Shown here in pieces: positions 9,935 to 23,200 of a DNA stretch of 56,211 nt. Within the stretch, counting starts at the first letter, position 1; each line of letters starts with the position of its first letter. This stretch comes from Leucoraja ocellata. Lineage: Eukaryota. Where the stretch lies: positions 69,790 through 126,000 of the forward strand of contig JAWMAR010002394.1 in the NCBI GenBank assembly GCA_036785375.1. The letters are read 5' to 3'. The notes beneath the pieces are model-generated. The model was not told the origin of the DNA. It did not search any database and saw only the letters and a list, made by a program, of their open reading frames with translations. The position numbers and the translations under genes are program-made.

Positions 9935-12900
9935 TGAAATTCTTTCCACAAAGTCAGCTTCCAGCACCTTGATGCCAGCTGCAGGTGAGACTACTTCCTT
10001 GATCTGTGTTCTACGGACATAACGCACTTCGCTTGTGAGGTTTGAAGAGTACTGAATACCTGATATCACTTGCTTCACGATAACCTGGCGACTCACTCCA
10101 ATAGCATCTCCGTAATCGAGACATAGGTTGCCGTAGCCAACTACACTCCAGCCCAAGTCGGTTCTCAGTGCAAAGGGCTGATTTGCTTCACCAGGTAGCA
10201 CTTGTCTTGGGACGAGAGCTTGAGGACAGTTGTAGCCAATTAGTAAGCCAACATTGCAGCTTTGATGTGGAGATATGTCATCTGCGATGTGTTCGAGATG
10301 AGGCCATGCCTTTGCCGTCTCTGGTGAGGGAACATGATCTCTGTTTGCAAGTATGAATTCTCTTGTGTAGGTCACTGGCAGCTGGATTATCTTGTCTGAG
10401 TAAAATCCTCTTACTTGTAGACCAGTCAGTTTCCTACAGGACACAACTGTGTTTCTTGAAGTCATTGTGGAGAGCTTTAGCTGAACTGGTTCGTTCTTCA
10501 CGTGTAGAGCTTTTGCAGTGTTTTCTAGGTGAAAGGTTGTGTCACTCTGTGTATCCAGAAGTGCATACACAAGAACTTCACGATTAAGCTCACTTGTGGC
10601 TGACACCCACACTGGGATGATGGTGGACGTATGAGTGTCTTTGAAATGCTGGATGACTCTATTGGATGTTGCCTCAGGTGAGGTTCTTGGTGTCTTATCT
10701 TGTGATCGGTTCATCTTGCCTTCCGTTGACCGCTCACGGTCTCTTGCTTCATCAGGGCCTTGTTAACATCCTTCCTTCCTTGGTGCGATTGGCGTGGAGG
10801 CAAGTTGGATGTCTCCTTTCCCATGTATTGCAAATCATTCTGTTTTCACATTCCTTTGAGCGATGGCCAGACTTCAGACAGCCAAAGCACAACTTCCTTT
10901 CTTGAACAAACTTGACTCGCTCAGAGACCGTCTCATCCATGAATTTATAACACTTTTGTAGACTGTGACCTTCCCTCTCACAGAACACACAGCTTGTGGC
11001 GACAGCCTTCTCATCAGAGTTTGCTACCAATACCTTTGCTCCAAGACCTCTGTTCGTTGAAGCCTTGCTCTTCTCAACTTCACTTGGTTTTAGAGCGTAG
11101 AGGGACGTTATCGGGTTGCAAGCAATTTTTTCTTCACGTGTGAGGAACTTGACGAATTGGCTGAAGCTTGGGAACTTGTGACTTTGTTCTTCCACTTATA
11201 TGACTTTCCTGTTCCATCTTGAGGTCAGCCAGTCTGGACGTTTAGCCAGCATTTTCTGATTCTCGTTGCAGTCATTGAGTACCTCAAGACCTCTAATCTG
11301 AAACATGGCGGCCTCACAGATGCGAAGGAAGTCAGTGAGTTCTTGAAGTTCTAAACTGCCTTTGGAGCGTATCTTGGGCCATGAATCAAGCTTGTCTCTG
11401 AAGGCTTTGGCGATGAGGAATGGATTGCCATAATCTCTCTTCTAGGATGGTCCATGCTGGTCCACGCTGCATGATAGGCTGACTCTGTGCCTAGCAGAAA
11501 GTATCTGTCTATGGCCTTCTTGGCAGCTCCACCCACATACCCTCGCAGATAATATATCCTTTCTTCACCTGGATGATTTGGTGCGGTGAGATTTGATGCT
11601 CATCTTATCTGAGTCTGCAGAATTGAACAGAGATTCTGTATCTTTAACACCTTTTTCTTCATCCACTTGACATTCACTCTTTCCCGTGTTTAGATAACCT
11701 CTTGCAGTTTTGATTATCTTCTTTGTTACTGATTCACAGGTGTCTACTCTGCGACGTGTGTCATGATCTAGAATGTCGATGTGGCTCAGCTCTTCATAAA
11801 CAGCGTTCAGATTCTTTGAAGCATTGCTTACCTTGGTAATGTGTTCATTCAGCAGGTTGAGCATTGACCACTCAGCGCCCCTTTGGCATCCTTAATGACA
11901 GCCTTCCACTTCTCGTAGCTCACACTGAAACGGTGTGCAACCTTTCTTACTTGCTCATCGTGCAGTTCTTGGCCCTTTTCCGTTAGCTTGTGGACTCTTT
12001 GGCCTCTTTGTGGCTCTTGTGAGGAAGTGTGGATATCATCTCCAGTGCCTTTGGTCGTTTGTGGTTGTGCGTCTGGGCAGTGCTGTTTCGTGTCATCACC
12101 TTCATCATCTTCTCTGTCACTTTCAGGGGAAAGCTCAAACTCTGACACTTTACTTGGTTTACTTTAGCTTGGTTTAAATCTAATATTTTCTTATGTTGAG
12201 TAAGTACCTAATTAATAAATAAATGTTATAGTGTTATCAACTTAAATCACTCTGAGTGATAATTAGACAAATAAAGGTACCAACTCTTCCACAGGTAAGT
12301 TACATATGCATTAAACACTTGTTAAGTAACAGAAATGCACCTTTAATTTACTATGAGTACTGCTTGTTTTAACAGAATGTTTACAGTGTAACCATCAATA
12401 AACTAATTCTCAATATCAACACAGTGTGAGTATCAATGGTCTTCAATAAGGAAAGGTAAGTAAACAACATAAATAAAATGCACATTATATCTCAGTCTCT
12501 TGTGCAAAACACTTAGTCCTTTAGTTGTAGAAAATAACAACATCAACTTATTCAATGAAAATGTAGATAATATATCAGTCTCTTGTGCAAAACATGAGTT
12601 TTTCCTTAGCAGCAATATTCACACTAGGGGCACCAGGGCCTTCCTGTGGGCTTGCTCTTCTTGTGTTTCAGCGTAGGTGGTGGTAGAAAATACACGCGCA
12701 GCATGGATATGGTTCATCTCTTCTCGGCTGCTGCCGTCTGGTGACGTCCTCCTCGGCTACTCATGCAGAGCAGTCGAGTTCTCACTGTAGCTCCCAATTA
12801 GTACACGAGGCCTGAGCTCGTGGTTAAATACGAGGTTTATTTTCAGCTCCAACCAACCATTGAGAACTCATCCACTGCTTACTACTTAAGAGGTATTTCT

Positions 12901-13090
12901 TGGTTTCATCTTAGTCATGGCTTCTGTCTTTCTTTATGATCTTGTTTATTTAACATTTAACTTATTTTGGCCGTGTATCCCCTTTGTGTTGCTTCCTTTT
13001 TCTTTGCTGCCCTTCAAGGCGGCCAACAACCGTGCCCCACGGAGACTAAGTTGGCAATTTAATTCCGCCCTTAGGAACGCCACTATTACA
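9935..13090 (-). mobile_element. BEL/Pao LTR retrotransposon, 5' part (LTR 12786-13090, gag, protease), degenerate
   Basis: Zn knuckles CVFC..H....C and CFGCLKSGHRSKEC; protease YALLDTQSDTTF; 305-bp TGTA...TACA LTR with a minus-strand AATAAA. Confidence 0.85.
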
Positions 13091-13149
13091 GGTAGGAACC
13101 AAAAAACGTGAGGTTCAGAATTTAACTAACTGCCGATGTGGGGCAGTTA

Positions 13150-13648
13150 CATTGCAGATGTTCCATACGTTTTCCATTTTCGGATGATGGTTTGAACAGT
13201 GCTCCGTGAGATGTTCAATGCTTGCGATATTTTTTTATAACCTGACCCTGCTTTAAACTTCTCCACAACTTTATCCCTGACCTGTCTGGTGTGTTCCTTG
13301 GGCTTCATGATGCTGTTTGTTCACTAATGTTCTCCAACAAACCTCTGAGGCCTTCACAGAACAGCTGTATTTATACTGAGGTTAGATTACACACAAGTGG
13401 ACTTTATTTACTAATTAGGTGACTTCTAAAGGCAATTGGTTGCACTGGGTTTTATTTAGGGGCATCAGAGTAAAGGGGGCTGATTACTTTTGCACGCCAC
13501 ACTTTTCAGTTTTTTATTTGTGAAAAAATGTGAAAACCATGTATCATTTTCCTTCCACTTCACAATTATGCGCCACTTTGTGTTGGTCTATCACATAAAA
13601 TCCCAATAAAATACATTTACGCCTGTGGTTGTAACGTGACAAAATGGA
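13150..13648 (-). mobile_element. Tc1/mariner-like DNA transposon remnant
   Basis: Resembles recalled fish/amphibian Tc1 subterminal sequence (ttgtgttggtctatcacataaaatcccaataaaatacatt); no ORF; copy at about 37945-38440. Confidence 0.5.
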
Positions 13649-13779
13649 TCAGCGGGTCAGAAGCATCTCTGGAGAACATGGACAGGCGACGTTTCGGGGC
13701 TGGACCTCTCTTCAGACTCATTTCGCATTTCTTGCGCAGATGCTGCCTGACCTGTTTTTGTGTGTGTTTCCGCCCACAG

Positions 13780-13824
13780 GTGGTCGTTCAAAGATGCAGT
13801 GGAGTGTGGTCGCTTGGTTCTTTC
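13780..13824 (+). CDS. Putative signal-peptide (leader) exon of gene B, truncated by N-gap
   Basis: Acceptor tgtttccgcccacag, then aagATG (A at -3) encoding MQWSVVAWFF; identical coding sequence at 38587; about 650 bp upstream of the first V. Confidence 0.6.
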
Positions 13825-14218
13825 NNNNNNNNNNNNNNNNNNNNNNNNNNNNNNNNNNNNNNNNNNNNNNNNNNNNNNNNNNNNNNNNNNNNNNNNNNNN
13901 NNNNNNNNNNNNNNNNNNNNNNNNNNNNNNNNNNNNNNNNNNNNNNNNNNNNNNNNNNNNNNNNNNNNNNNNNNNNNNNNNNNNNNNNNNNNNNNNNNNN
14001 NNNNNNNNNNNNNNNNNNNTGGATAGAGACAGTGGGNNNNNNNNNNNNNNNNNNNNNNNNNNNNNNNNNNNNNNNNNNNNNNNNNNNNNNNNNNNNNNNN
14101 NNNNNNNNNNNNNNNNNNNNNNNNNNNNNNNNNNNNNNNNNNNNNNNNNNNNNNNNNNNNNNNNNNNNNNNNNNNNNNNNNNNNNNNNNNNNNNNNGAGA
14201 TGAGAGGAGATGAGAGAT

Positions 14219-14260
<42 letters not shown>

Positions 14261-17200
14261 AGAGAGAATCAAACCAGGGTTGTCTCCCGACATTAAGAGG
14301 CGTCTCGCCAAGGACTTGAAACGCTGAGACATAAAAAGGCCATGATCCTAACGCGAGTAAATGGGATTGTGTAGATAGGATGTAATGGATGGCATTGACG
14401 GGGTGGGCCGAAAGGCCAGCGCCGAGACTATAATATTCTTTTGGTTTCAGGTGCTGTTGGATCCGATGAATCGATCATACAATCACCGAAGCAGATCACA
14501 GTTACTGAAGGCGGGACTGTGCGGCTAAACTGTGTATTTGTTGCCAAGGCAATTGGTTTCATTAGTTGGTACAAAGACAGTGGAAACTCGTGCCGTTTCC
14601 AACACGAGCGGCAACTATTATGGTCGCGTTCTGAAAAATAATTCACAGGGAATTCTAAAAGAATCCATCGAAATCACTGGCCTCAAAATGAACGATACAG
14701 GAAAGTATTACTGCCGAGTGAGTGTTTTCGGCAGTGGGAACATATCATGGTCACGGCACGGATGCCACGGTCACATCACGTAAGTTTGCAGAACCTTAAC
14801 TTTATCTTTACTGTTCTTAAAAAAAACATTCTTAATCCGACTCCACTTGCCTTTGTGCGTCGGATGAACAGCAGGCGCAAAAACTGGAGTAAACTCAGCG
14901 GGACAGGCAGCATCTCTGGAGAGAAGGAATGTGTGACGTTTTGGTTCGAGGCCCTTCTTCAGACTGGTTAGGGATAAGGGAAACGAGAGATATAGGCGAT
15001 GATATAGAGAGATATAATGAATTACATATATGCAAAGGGTGTCAGTAGTAGTACCATATAACCATATAACCATATAACAATTACAGCATGGAACAGGCCA
15101 TCTCGGCCCTACAAGTCCATGCCGAACAATTTTTTTCCCCTTAGTCCCACCTGCCTGCACTCATACCATAACCCTCCATTCCCTTCTCATCCATATGCCT
15201 ATCCAATTTATTTTTAAATGATACCAATGCACCTGCCTCCACCACTTCCACTGGGAGCTCATTCCACACCGCCACCACTCTCTGCGTAACGAAGTTCCCC
15301 CTCATATTACCCCTAAACTTCTGTCCCTTAATTCTGAAGTCATGTCCTCTTGTTTGAATCTTCCCTATTTTCAAAGGGAAAAGCTTGTCCACATCAACTC
15401 TGTCTATCCCTCTCATCATTTTAAAGACCTCTATCAGGTCCCCCCCTTAACCTTCTGCGCTCCAGAGAATAAAGACCTAACTTATTCAACCTATCTCTGT
15501 AACTTAGTTGTTGAAACCCAGGCAACATTCTAGTAAATCTCCTCTGTACTCTCTCTATTTTGTTGACATCCTTCCTATAATTGGGCGACCAAAATTGTAC
15601 ACCATACTCCAGATTTGGTCTCACCAATGCCTTGTACAATTTTAACATTACATCCCAGCTTCTATACTCAATGCTCTGATTTATAAAGGCTAGCATACCA
15701 AAAGCTTTATTTACCACCCTATCTATATGAGATTCCACCTTCAAGGAACTATGCACGGTTATACCCATATCCCTCTGTTCAACTGTATTCTTCAATTCCC
15801 TACCATTTACCATGTACGTCCTATTTTGATTTGTCCTGCCAAGGTGTAGCACCTCACATTTATCAGCATTAAACTCCATCTGCCATCTTTCAGCCCATTT
15901 TTCCAAATGGCCTAAATCACTCTGTAGACTTTGGAAATCCTCTTCATTATCCACAACACCCACTATCTTGGTATCATCTGCATACTTACTAATCCAATTT
16001 ACCACACCTTCATCCAGATCATTGATGTACATGACAAACAACAAATGACCCAACACAGATCCCTGAGGCACCCCACTAGTCACCTGCCTCCAACCCGATA
16101 AACATCCATCCACCATTACCCTCTGGCTTCTCCCATTCAGCCACTGTTGAATCGATCTTGCTATTCCTGCATTTATACCCAACAGTTGAACCTTCTTAAC
16201 CAACTTTCCATGAGGAACCTTGTCAAAGGCCTTACTAAAGTCCATATAGACAACATCCACTGCTTTACCCTCGTCAATTTCCCTAGTAACCTCTTCAAAA
16301 AATTCAAAAAGATTAGTCAAACATGACCTTCCAGGCACAAATCCATGTTGACTGTTCCTAATCAGACCCTGTTTATGTAGATGCTTATATATATTATCTC
16401 TAAGTATCTTTTCCATTAATTTGCCCACCACTGAAGTCAAACTAACAGGTCTATAATTGCTAGGTTTACTCTTAGAACCCTTTTTAAACAATGGAACAAC
16501 ATGCGCAGTACGCCAATCCTCGGGGACTATTCCCGTTTCTAATGACATTTGAAATATTTCTGTCATAGCCCCGGCTATTTCTACACTAACTTCCCTCAAT
16601 GTCCTAGGGAATTTCCTATCAGGACCTGGAGACTTATCCACGTTTATATTTTTCAAAAGTGTCAGTACTTCTTTTACTTTGAACCTCATAGTATCCATAG
16701 CTACTCTACTAGTTTCCCTTACCTCACATAATTCAATATCCTTCTCCTTGGTGAATACCGAAGAAAAAAAATTGTTCAATATCTCCCCCATCTCTTTTGG
16801 CTCTGCAGATAGCTGTCCACTCTGTCTCTCCAAAGGACCAATTTTATCCCTCCTTATCCTTTTGCTATTAATATAGCTGTAGAAACCCTTTGGATTGACT
16901 TTCACCTTACTTGCCAAAGCAACCTCATATCTTCTTTTAGCTTTTCTAATTTCTTTCTTAAGATTCTTTTTACATTCCTTATACTCCTCAAGCACCCCAT
17001 TTACTTCATGCTGTCTATAATTATTGTAGATCTCCCTCTTTTTTCCGAACAAGATGTCCAATTTCCCTTGAAAACCAGGGCTCTTTCCAATTTTTACTGT
17101 TTCCTTTCAACCGAACAGGAACATAAAGATTCTGTACTCTTAAAATTTCCTCTTTAAATGTCCTCCATTTCTCTTCTACATCTTTCCCATAAAACAAAAG

Positions 17201-20200
17201 GTCCCAGTTCACTCCTTTTAAATCATCTCGCATCGCATCAAAGTTAGCCTTTCTCCAATCAAAAATCTCAACCCTAGGTCCAGTTCTGACCCTCTCCATA
17301 ATTATATTGAAACTAATGGTATTGTGATCACTGGACCCGAAGTGCTCCCCAACGCATACCTCCGCCACCTGTCCAGTCTAATTTCATAACAGGAGGTCCA
17401 GCACTGCCCCTCCTCTAGTAGGTACCTCTATGTATTGCTGCAAAAAACTATCCTGCACACATTTTACAAACTCCAGCCCATCCAGCCCATTTACAGAATG
17501 TGCTTCCCAGTCTATGTGTGGAAAGTTGAAATCTCCCACAATCACTACCTTGTGCTTACTACTAATCTCTGCTATCTCCTTACATATTTGCTCTTCCAAT
17601 TCTCGTTCCCCGTTTGGCGGTCTATAATACACCCCTATAAGTGTTGCTACACCTTTCTCGCTTCTCAATTCCACCCAAATAGCCTCCCTAGATGAGCCCT
17701 CCAATCTATCCTGCCAAAGCACTGCTGTAATATCTTCCCTGACTAGCAATGCAACACCTCCACCTCTTGCCCCTCCAATAATATCACACCTGAAGCAACG
17801 AAATCCTGGAATATTTAGTTTCCAATCACAGCCCTCCTGCAACCACGTTTCACTGATCGTCACAACATCATACTTCCAGGTGTCTATCCAGACTCTAAGC
17901 TCATCCACCTTTCTTACAATGCTCCTAGCATTAAAATATGCACATTTAAGAAAACCCCCGTCTCTTATTCTCTGTTTATTTCCTTTTTTTCTTTCTCCTC
18001 TTGTGTCCGAGTGCTTCCCATTTCTGCTTCCTGCCTCCCATTCTGTCTACTACCTTTCGCTATTTGAGTCCCTCGCCCCAACCATTCTAGTTTAAAGTCT
18101 CCCCAGCTGCCTTTGCAAATTTCCCCGCTAGGATATTGGTCCCCCTCGGGTTCAAGTGCAACCCATCCTTTCTGTACAGGTCCCACCTTCCCCAAAAGAA
18201 GTCCCAATGATCCAGGAACTTGAACCCCTGCCCTCTGCACCAGTCTTTCAGCCACGCATTTATCCTCCACCTCGCTCCATTCCTACTCTCACTGTCGCGT
18301 GGCACAGGCAGTAATCCTGAGATTGTTACCTTTTTGGTCCTTTTTCTTAACTCTCCTCCCAACTCCCTAAATCCTCCCTTTAGGACCTCTTCCCTTTTTT
18401 CCCCCTATGTCATTGGTACCTATATGTACCACGACCTCAGGCTCCTCTCCCCTCTGATTTAAGGATATCTTGTAGAGTTTCATTGTCATGATTGTCTGAG
18501 AAAAGTAACCATGATAAAGGAAACAGGCCATTGTTCGCTGTGTGTTGGGTGATAACGAGAAGCTGGTGCGACTTGGGTGGGGGTGGGGAGGAGGGGGGGG
18601 GGGAGAGAGAGAGAGGATGCCGGAATTACTTGAAGTGAGAGAAATCAATATTCATACCACTGGGGTGTAAACTGCCCAAACCAAATATGAGATGCTGCTC
18701 CTCCAATTTGCATTTAGCCTCACTCTGACAATGCAGGAGAAATATTATTTCTGGTTTCAGGTGCTGTTGGATCCGATGAATCGATCATACAATCACCGAA
18801 ACAGATCACAGTAACTGAAGGCGGGACTGTGCGGCTAAACTGTGCCTTTGTTGGGAACCCGAATATAATTGTGGCCTTCAGTTGGTACAAAGACGTGGAA
18901 ACTCGGGCCGTTTCCAACACGAGCGGCGACTATTATGGCCGCGTTCGGACAAGTATTTCACCGGGGATTCTAAAAGTGTCCATCCAAATCACTCACCTCA
19001 AAATGAACGAGACAGGAAGGTATTACTGCCGAGTGCGTGTTTTCACAGGGGAAATATATAATGGTCACGGCACAGATGTCACAGTCACACGTAAGTTTCC
19101 GTTATCTTAACTTTGTCTTTACCGTTGTCAAAAACATCCTTAACACCGACCACCACACGTCACACCAACGAAACGTTGTCAGATCAGATTTAGGAACCAG
19201 GGGACACAGTTTGAAAATAAGGGGGAGGCCATTTAGAACGGACACGAGGAAACATCTTTTCACCCAGAGAGTTGTGAATCTGTGGAATTCTCTGCCACAG
19301 AAGGCAGTGGATGCTTTAAAGAGGGAGTTAGATTTAGCTCTTAGGGCTCAAAACGGAATCAAGACTTCCGGTGGCGCTATGGAGACCTAAGTCCAGCGCC
19401 AACCAGCTCCGTACCGAGGAAAACAAAAAACGGGAGAAAAATCGGGACCTACCTGCAGCGATCGTAATCTGAAACGGCAGCCTGCGTGACGTCATCAGGC
19501 CTGCGACTTAAGGTATGTCGCTACAACACCCCCCCCCCCCCCCCCCCCCGTGGAGCAACAAAAAAATCGGGTAAAGGAAGACCCCAGATGGAAGAGGAAG
19601 GCCCTACAGAAGCCTCGGCCTCAGTTACAGCGATGGCCCAGGAAGATCCTCCAAAGAAGATTAAAGGGGGGAAAAAATGGGAAATGGAAGATCTTAAAAT
19701 CTTTCTGGCTGCTGAAATGAAGACTTGTCTGGCTGCTGAAATGAAGACTTTTGGAGAGAAATTTCAAAAGGCACTAGACACCTTCAAGGTAGATTTTAGA
19801 GCAGATATGCTCGTCACAGTTCAACAAATGCTTGAAAACTGGAAGAGGACGAGGGAGGAAGAGGTCAAAGACCAGATGGAAGTAATGGAAGCCAGACTCG
19901 TTTCGGTGGAAACAAAGGTTCAAACAGAGGTGGACCCCATTCGCCAAGAACTTGATCAACACAGAATAGCGATAACCGAGCTTGAGAAATGTGCGATGAC
20001 AAGTGCAGAAACAGTAAATCAGCTCCTTACTGAAAACCAACGCCTCACAAACATGGTGAGCAAATTAAATGATAAATGTATCGATCTGGAGGGGCGTCAA
20101 AGACGAAAGAACCTAAGAATTGTAGGGGTGAAGGAAGGAAGCGAGAAGGAAATGGGCACTCGGGATTTTGTGGCAGACCTACTACATAAAGTCCTAAAAT

Positions 20201-23200
20201 TGGATCACAAACCTCTACTCGGCCGAGCCCATTGAGCGCAGCGACGTCGTACACAAGATGATGTCCATCCAAGACAAATTATTGTAAAAGTCCTACAGGA
20301 TCATGAATTTGATGAGATAATGAAGAAAAGTGTTCGGAGCGGTCAACTTTTTTTTGAAGGCGAGAGATTTAGCATCTACCGAGATTACTCGACAGAGGTC
20401 TTCAAGAAAAGATTGCTGTTCAACGAGACCAAAAGAATATTGAAGAGTGTACCGGATTTGAAATACAGCCTACTCTATCCCGCAAGGCTAAGAGTCACCT
20501 ACAATGCCAATGTGTTCTTTTTTACAGAGCACGAAAAAGCACTCGAATACGCCAAGGTAGTCGGTAACGTGCCCACAGACTGAAGAACCTACATCACTCC
20601 TTAGGAGCCATGGACTAAGATGACCATCAGATCTAAAAGGACCTTTAAAATTCGTTCAAGAACTTTATAGACACTTGGAAATCGAAAATGATGGAGGACA
20701 TTGGATAAAAACTGCGAATTTTCGAGGGTTTTTCCCTCTTTTTTCTCTTTTTTGTTTTGGCTCTTTTTAGGTTACTAATCATTACTATTATATGTAAATT
20801 CATATTTAACTATACAGGTAACAACTAATACTTATTAAATATCCTTATTTCCACTAAAATTATTAACATTATCAATTCTTATAAAAGTTAATACGGTATA
20901 AGATGGATAACAATGATCAATAATTAATAGTCTTTGATAAATGAAGAAAGGAATTACATAATATAGTATATAGAAAGATGTGTAAGAGGTAAATTAACCT
21001 ATATCATAATTATGATTGACGGGTTTCCTTTTCTTTTTTCCGCTCTATCTTTCAATTTAAAATCATTTTGCTGGCTTGAACCTTTCTGCAGGGTTACGTG
21101 TTGATACTAGTATACATGTGGGTATGTATACATATATATATATATATATGCGTGTACGTAGGTAGGTGCATATATATTGTGTGGGTATAAGTATGACTAG
21201 GTAAATAAGTTTGATACTCCCAAAGAAGTTGATTGAATGTTAAATATAATTTCCCCTTTTTTTTTCTTTCCTCTTCCTCGGGCACGGAGCTGGGAATTTT
21301 TTCATTTTACAAAGGCTACGGAAGTCTTTAGAATTCTAGCCACGTTAGTGTGGCTATCACTAACTACACTAATTGTAGATGTAGTTCTTTTTTCTTCACC
21401 CTACACTAACCAACCCTATCACTTTTCTTTCTTTAAATATTTCTCTAACTCAAGGTTTGAATGGAAAAACAAGACCAAGGCAAGGAGATATGATCGGAAG
21501 AATGATGTATTCGAATTTAAATTCATCTATCTGAGGTTTGGGAGCAGGGTCAGGTTCTATGTGTTGTTCCTTCTGCCCGGTTATAGACCACCTCAAAAGC
21601 AATATGCAAGATGCTAACATGACAAGAAGGGGTCAGGGAATAACATTTTGTAGTTGGAATGTCAAGGGAATCAATGAACCAATTAAGAGAAGTAAAGTTT
21701 TGGCACACCTAAATCAAATCAAAACAGATATAATATTTCTTCAAGAGACACATCTTAAAAAGGAATCACAACACAGACTTAAAGCTAAGTGGATCGCTGA
21801 ATCATATCATTCTTCTTTTTCCCACAAGTCAAGAGGAGTAGCAATAGTAATTCGTAAAGGAATTCCTTTTGCGACCTCCTCAATAATAGTGGATATGGAT
21901 GGCAGATATATTATAGTGGTTGGAGAGTTAAATGGTGAAAAGGTGATCCTTCTAAATGTTTATGGGCCTAACTTCGATAACCCCACTTTTTTTAACAAAA
22001 CATTTAATAAAATTCCTGAATTTGCACAATACAAATTAATAATTGGAGGAGACTTCAATTGTACATTAGACACATACTTAGATAGATCATCAAGGCAAAA
22101 AAAAGCAACATCCAATTCAAGTGTTTTTTTTAATTCATTTATTAATACCACTAATATTAAGGATATCTGGAGAATAGAAAACCCAACCGGGGGGAATATT
22201 CATTTTATTCACCAGTACACAAAACATACTCAAGAATAGATTACTTTTTAGTTGACTCTACGTTTATTCCATTTACTTATAATTCAAAATGTCATAACAT
22301 TATAATCTCAGATCACGCACCGGTAGCATTCATGATTAAATTAAATGGAATGTCCGAGAAACAAACATATTGGAGACTTAACCCACAAATCTTGAACGAA
22401 AGATCATGCCAGGAATATATTATTAAACAAATCCAAATATTTTTTGAGGTAAATGACAACCCTGACACACCTGCTTCTCTTATGTGGGAGACGTTCAAAG
22501 TGTATGTTCGAGGTACATTAATCTCTGCCCAAGCATTTTATAATAAAGAAAACAGGATTAAACAAAAAGCACTGGAAAGTGAAATTAAGCAACTAGATAC
22601 AGAAAATGCGAGAACGCCATCTACGTTAAAACATAATAAAATTGCTGTACTGAAATATAAATTAAATAAAATGTACTCAGAACAAGTAATAAAACTTTAT
22701 CAAAAAACCAAACAATTACAGTTTGAATTTGGAGACAAACCACAAAAACTATTAGCACGCCAGCTGCGAAAAATGGAAGGGGAAAAAATAATTCATAAAA
22801 TTAGAACAGAGACAGGAGAATTATTAAAAATGCCCAAGGATATAAATGATAGATTTCTACAATACTATCATAACCTTTATTCAACTAAAACTGTAGCACA
22901 ATCAGAAGGAATAGCAGATTTTTTAATAAAATGTAATTTAAAAGGTTTAGATTCAAAGGATAGAGAATTATTAGAAAGGGAAATTACGATAAAGGATATT
23001 GAGGAGTCTATTGGCTCTCTAAAAAATGGTAAGGCAGTAGGGCCAGATGGTCTAGGTTCAGAATTTTACAAAAAATTTCATGATTTGCTGTGCCCACGCT
23101 TGCAAAGACTATATGATTATATCTACACCCAACAGAAACTCCCAGACACCTTAAACGAATCTATAATAACGCTTATTCCTAAAGCTGATAAAGATCCGGA

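Noticed and set aside
9809-10714. In-frame BEL protease-CR1 RT fusion as a domesticated gene
   Set aside because: Frame breaks about 40 codons into CR1 and the paralog at 34598-35502 is frameshifted; best explained as a deletion junction.
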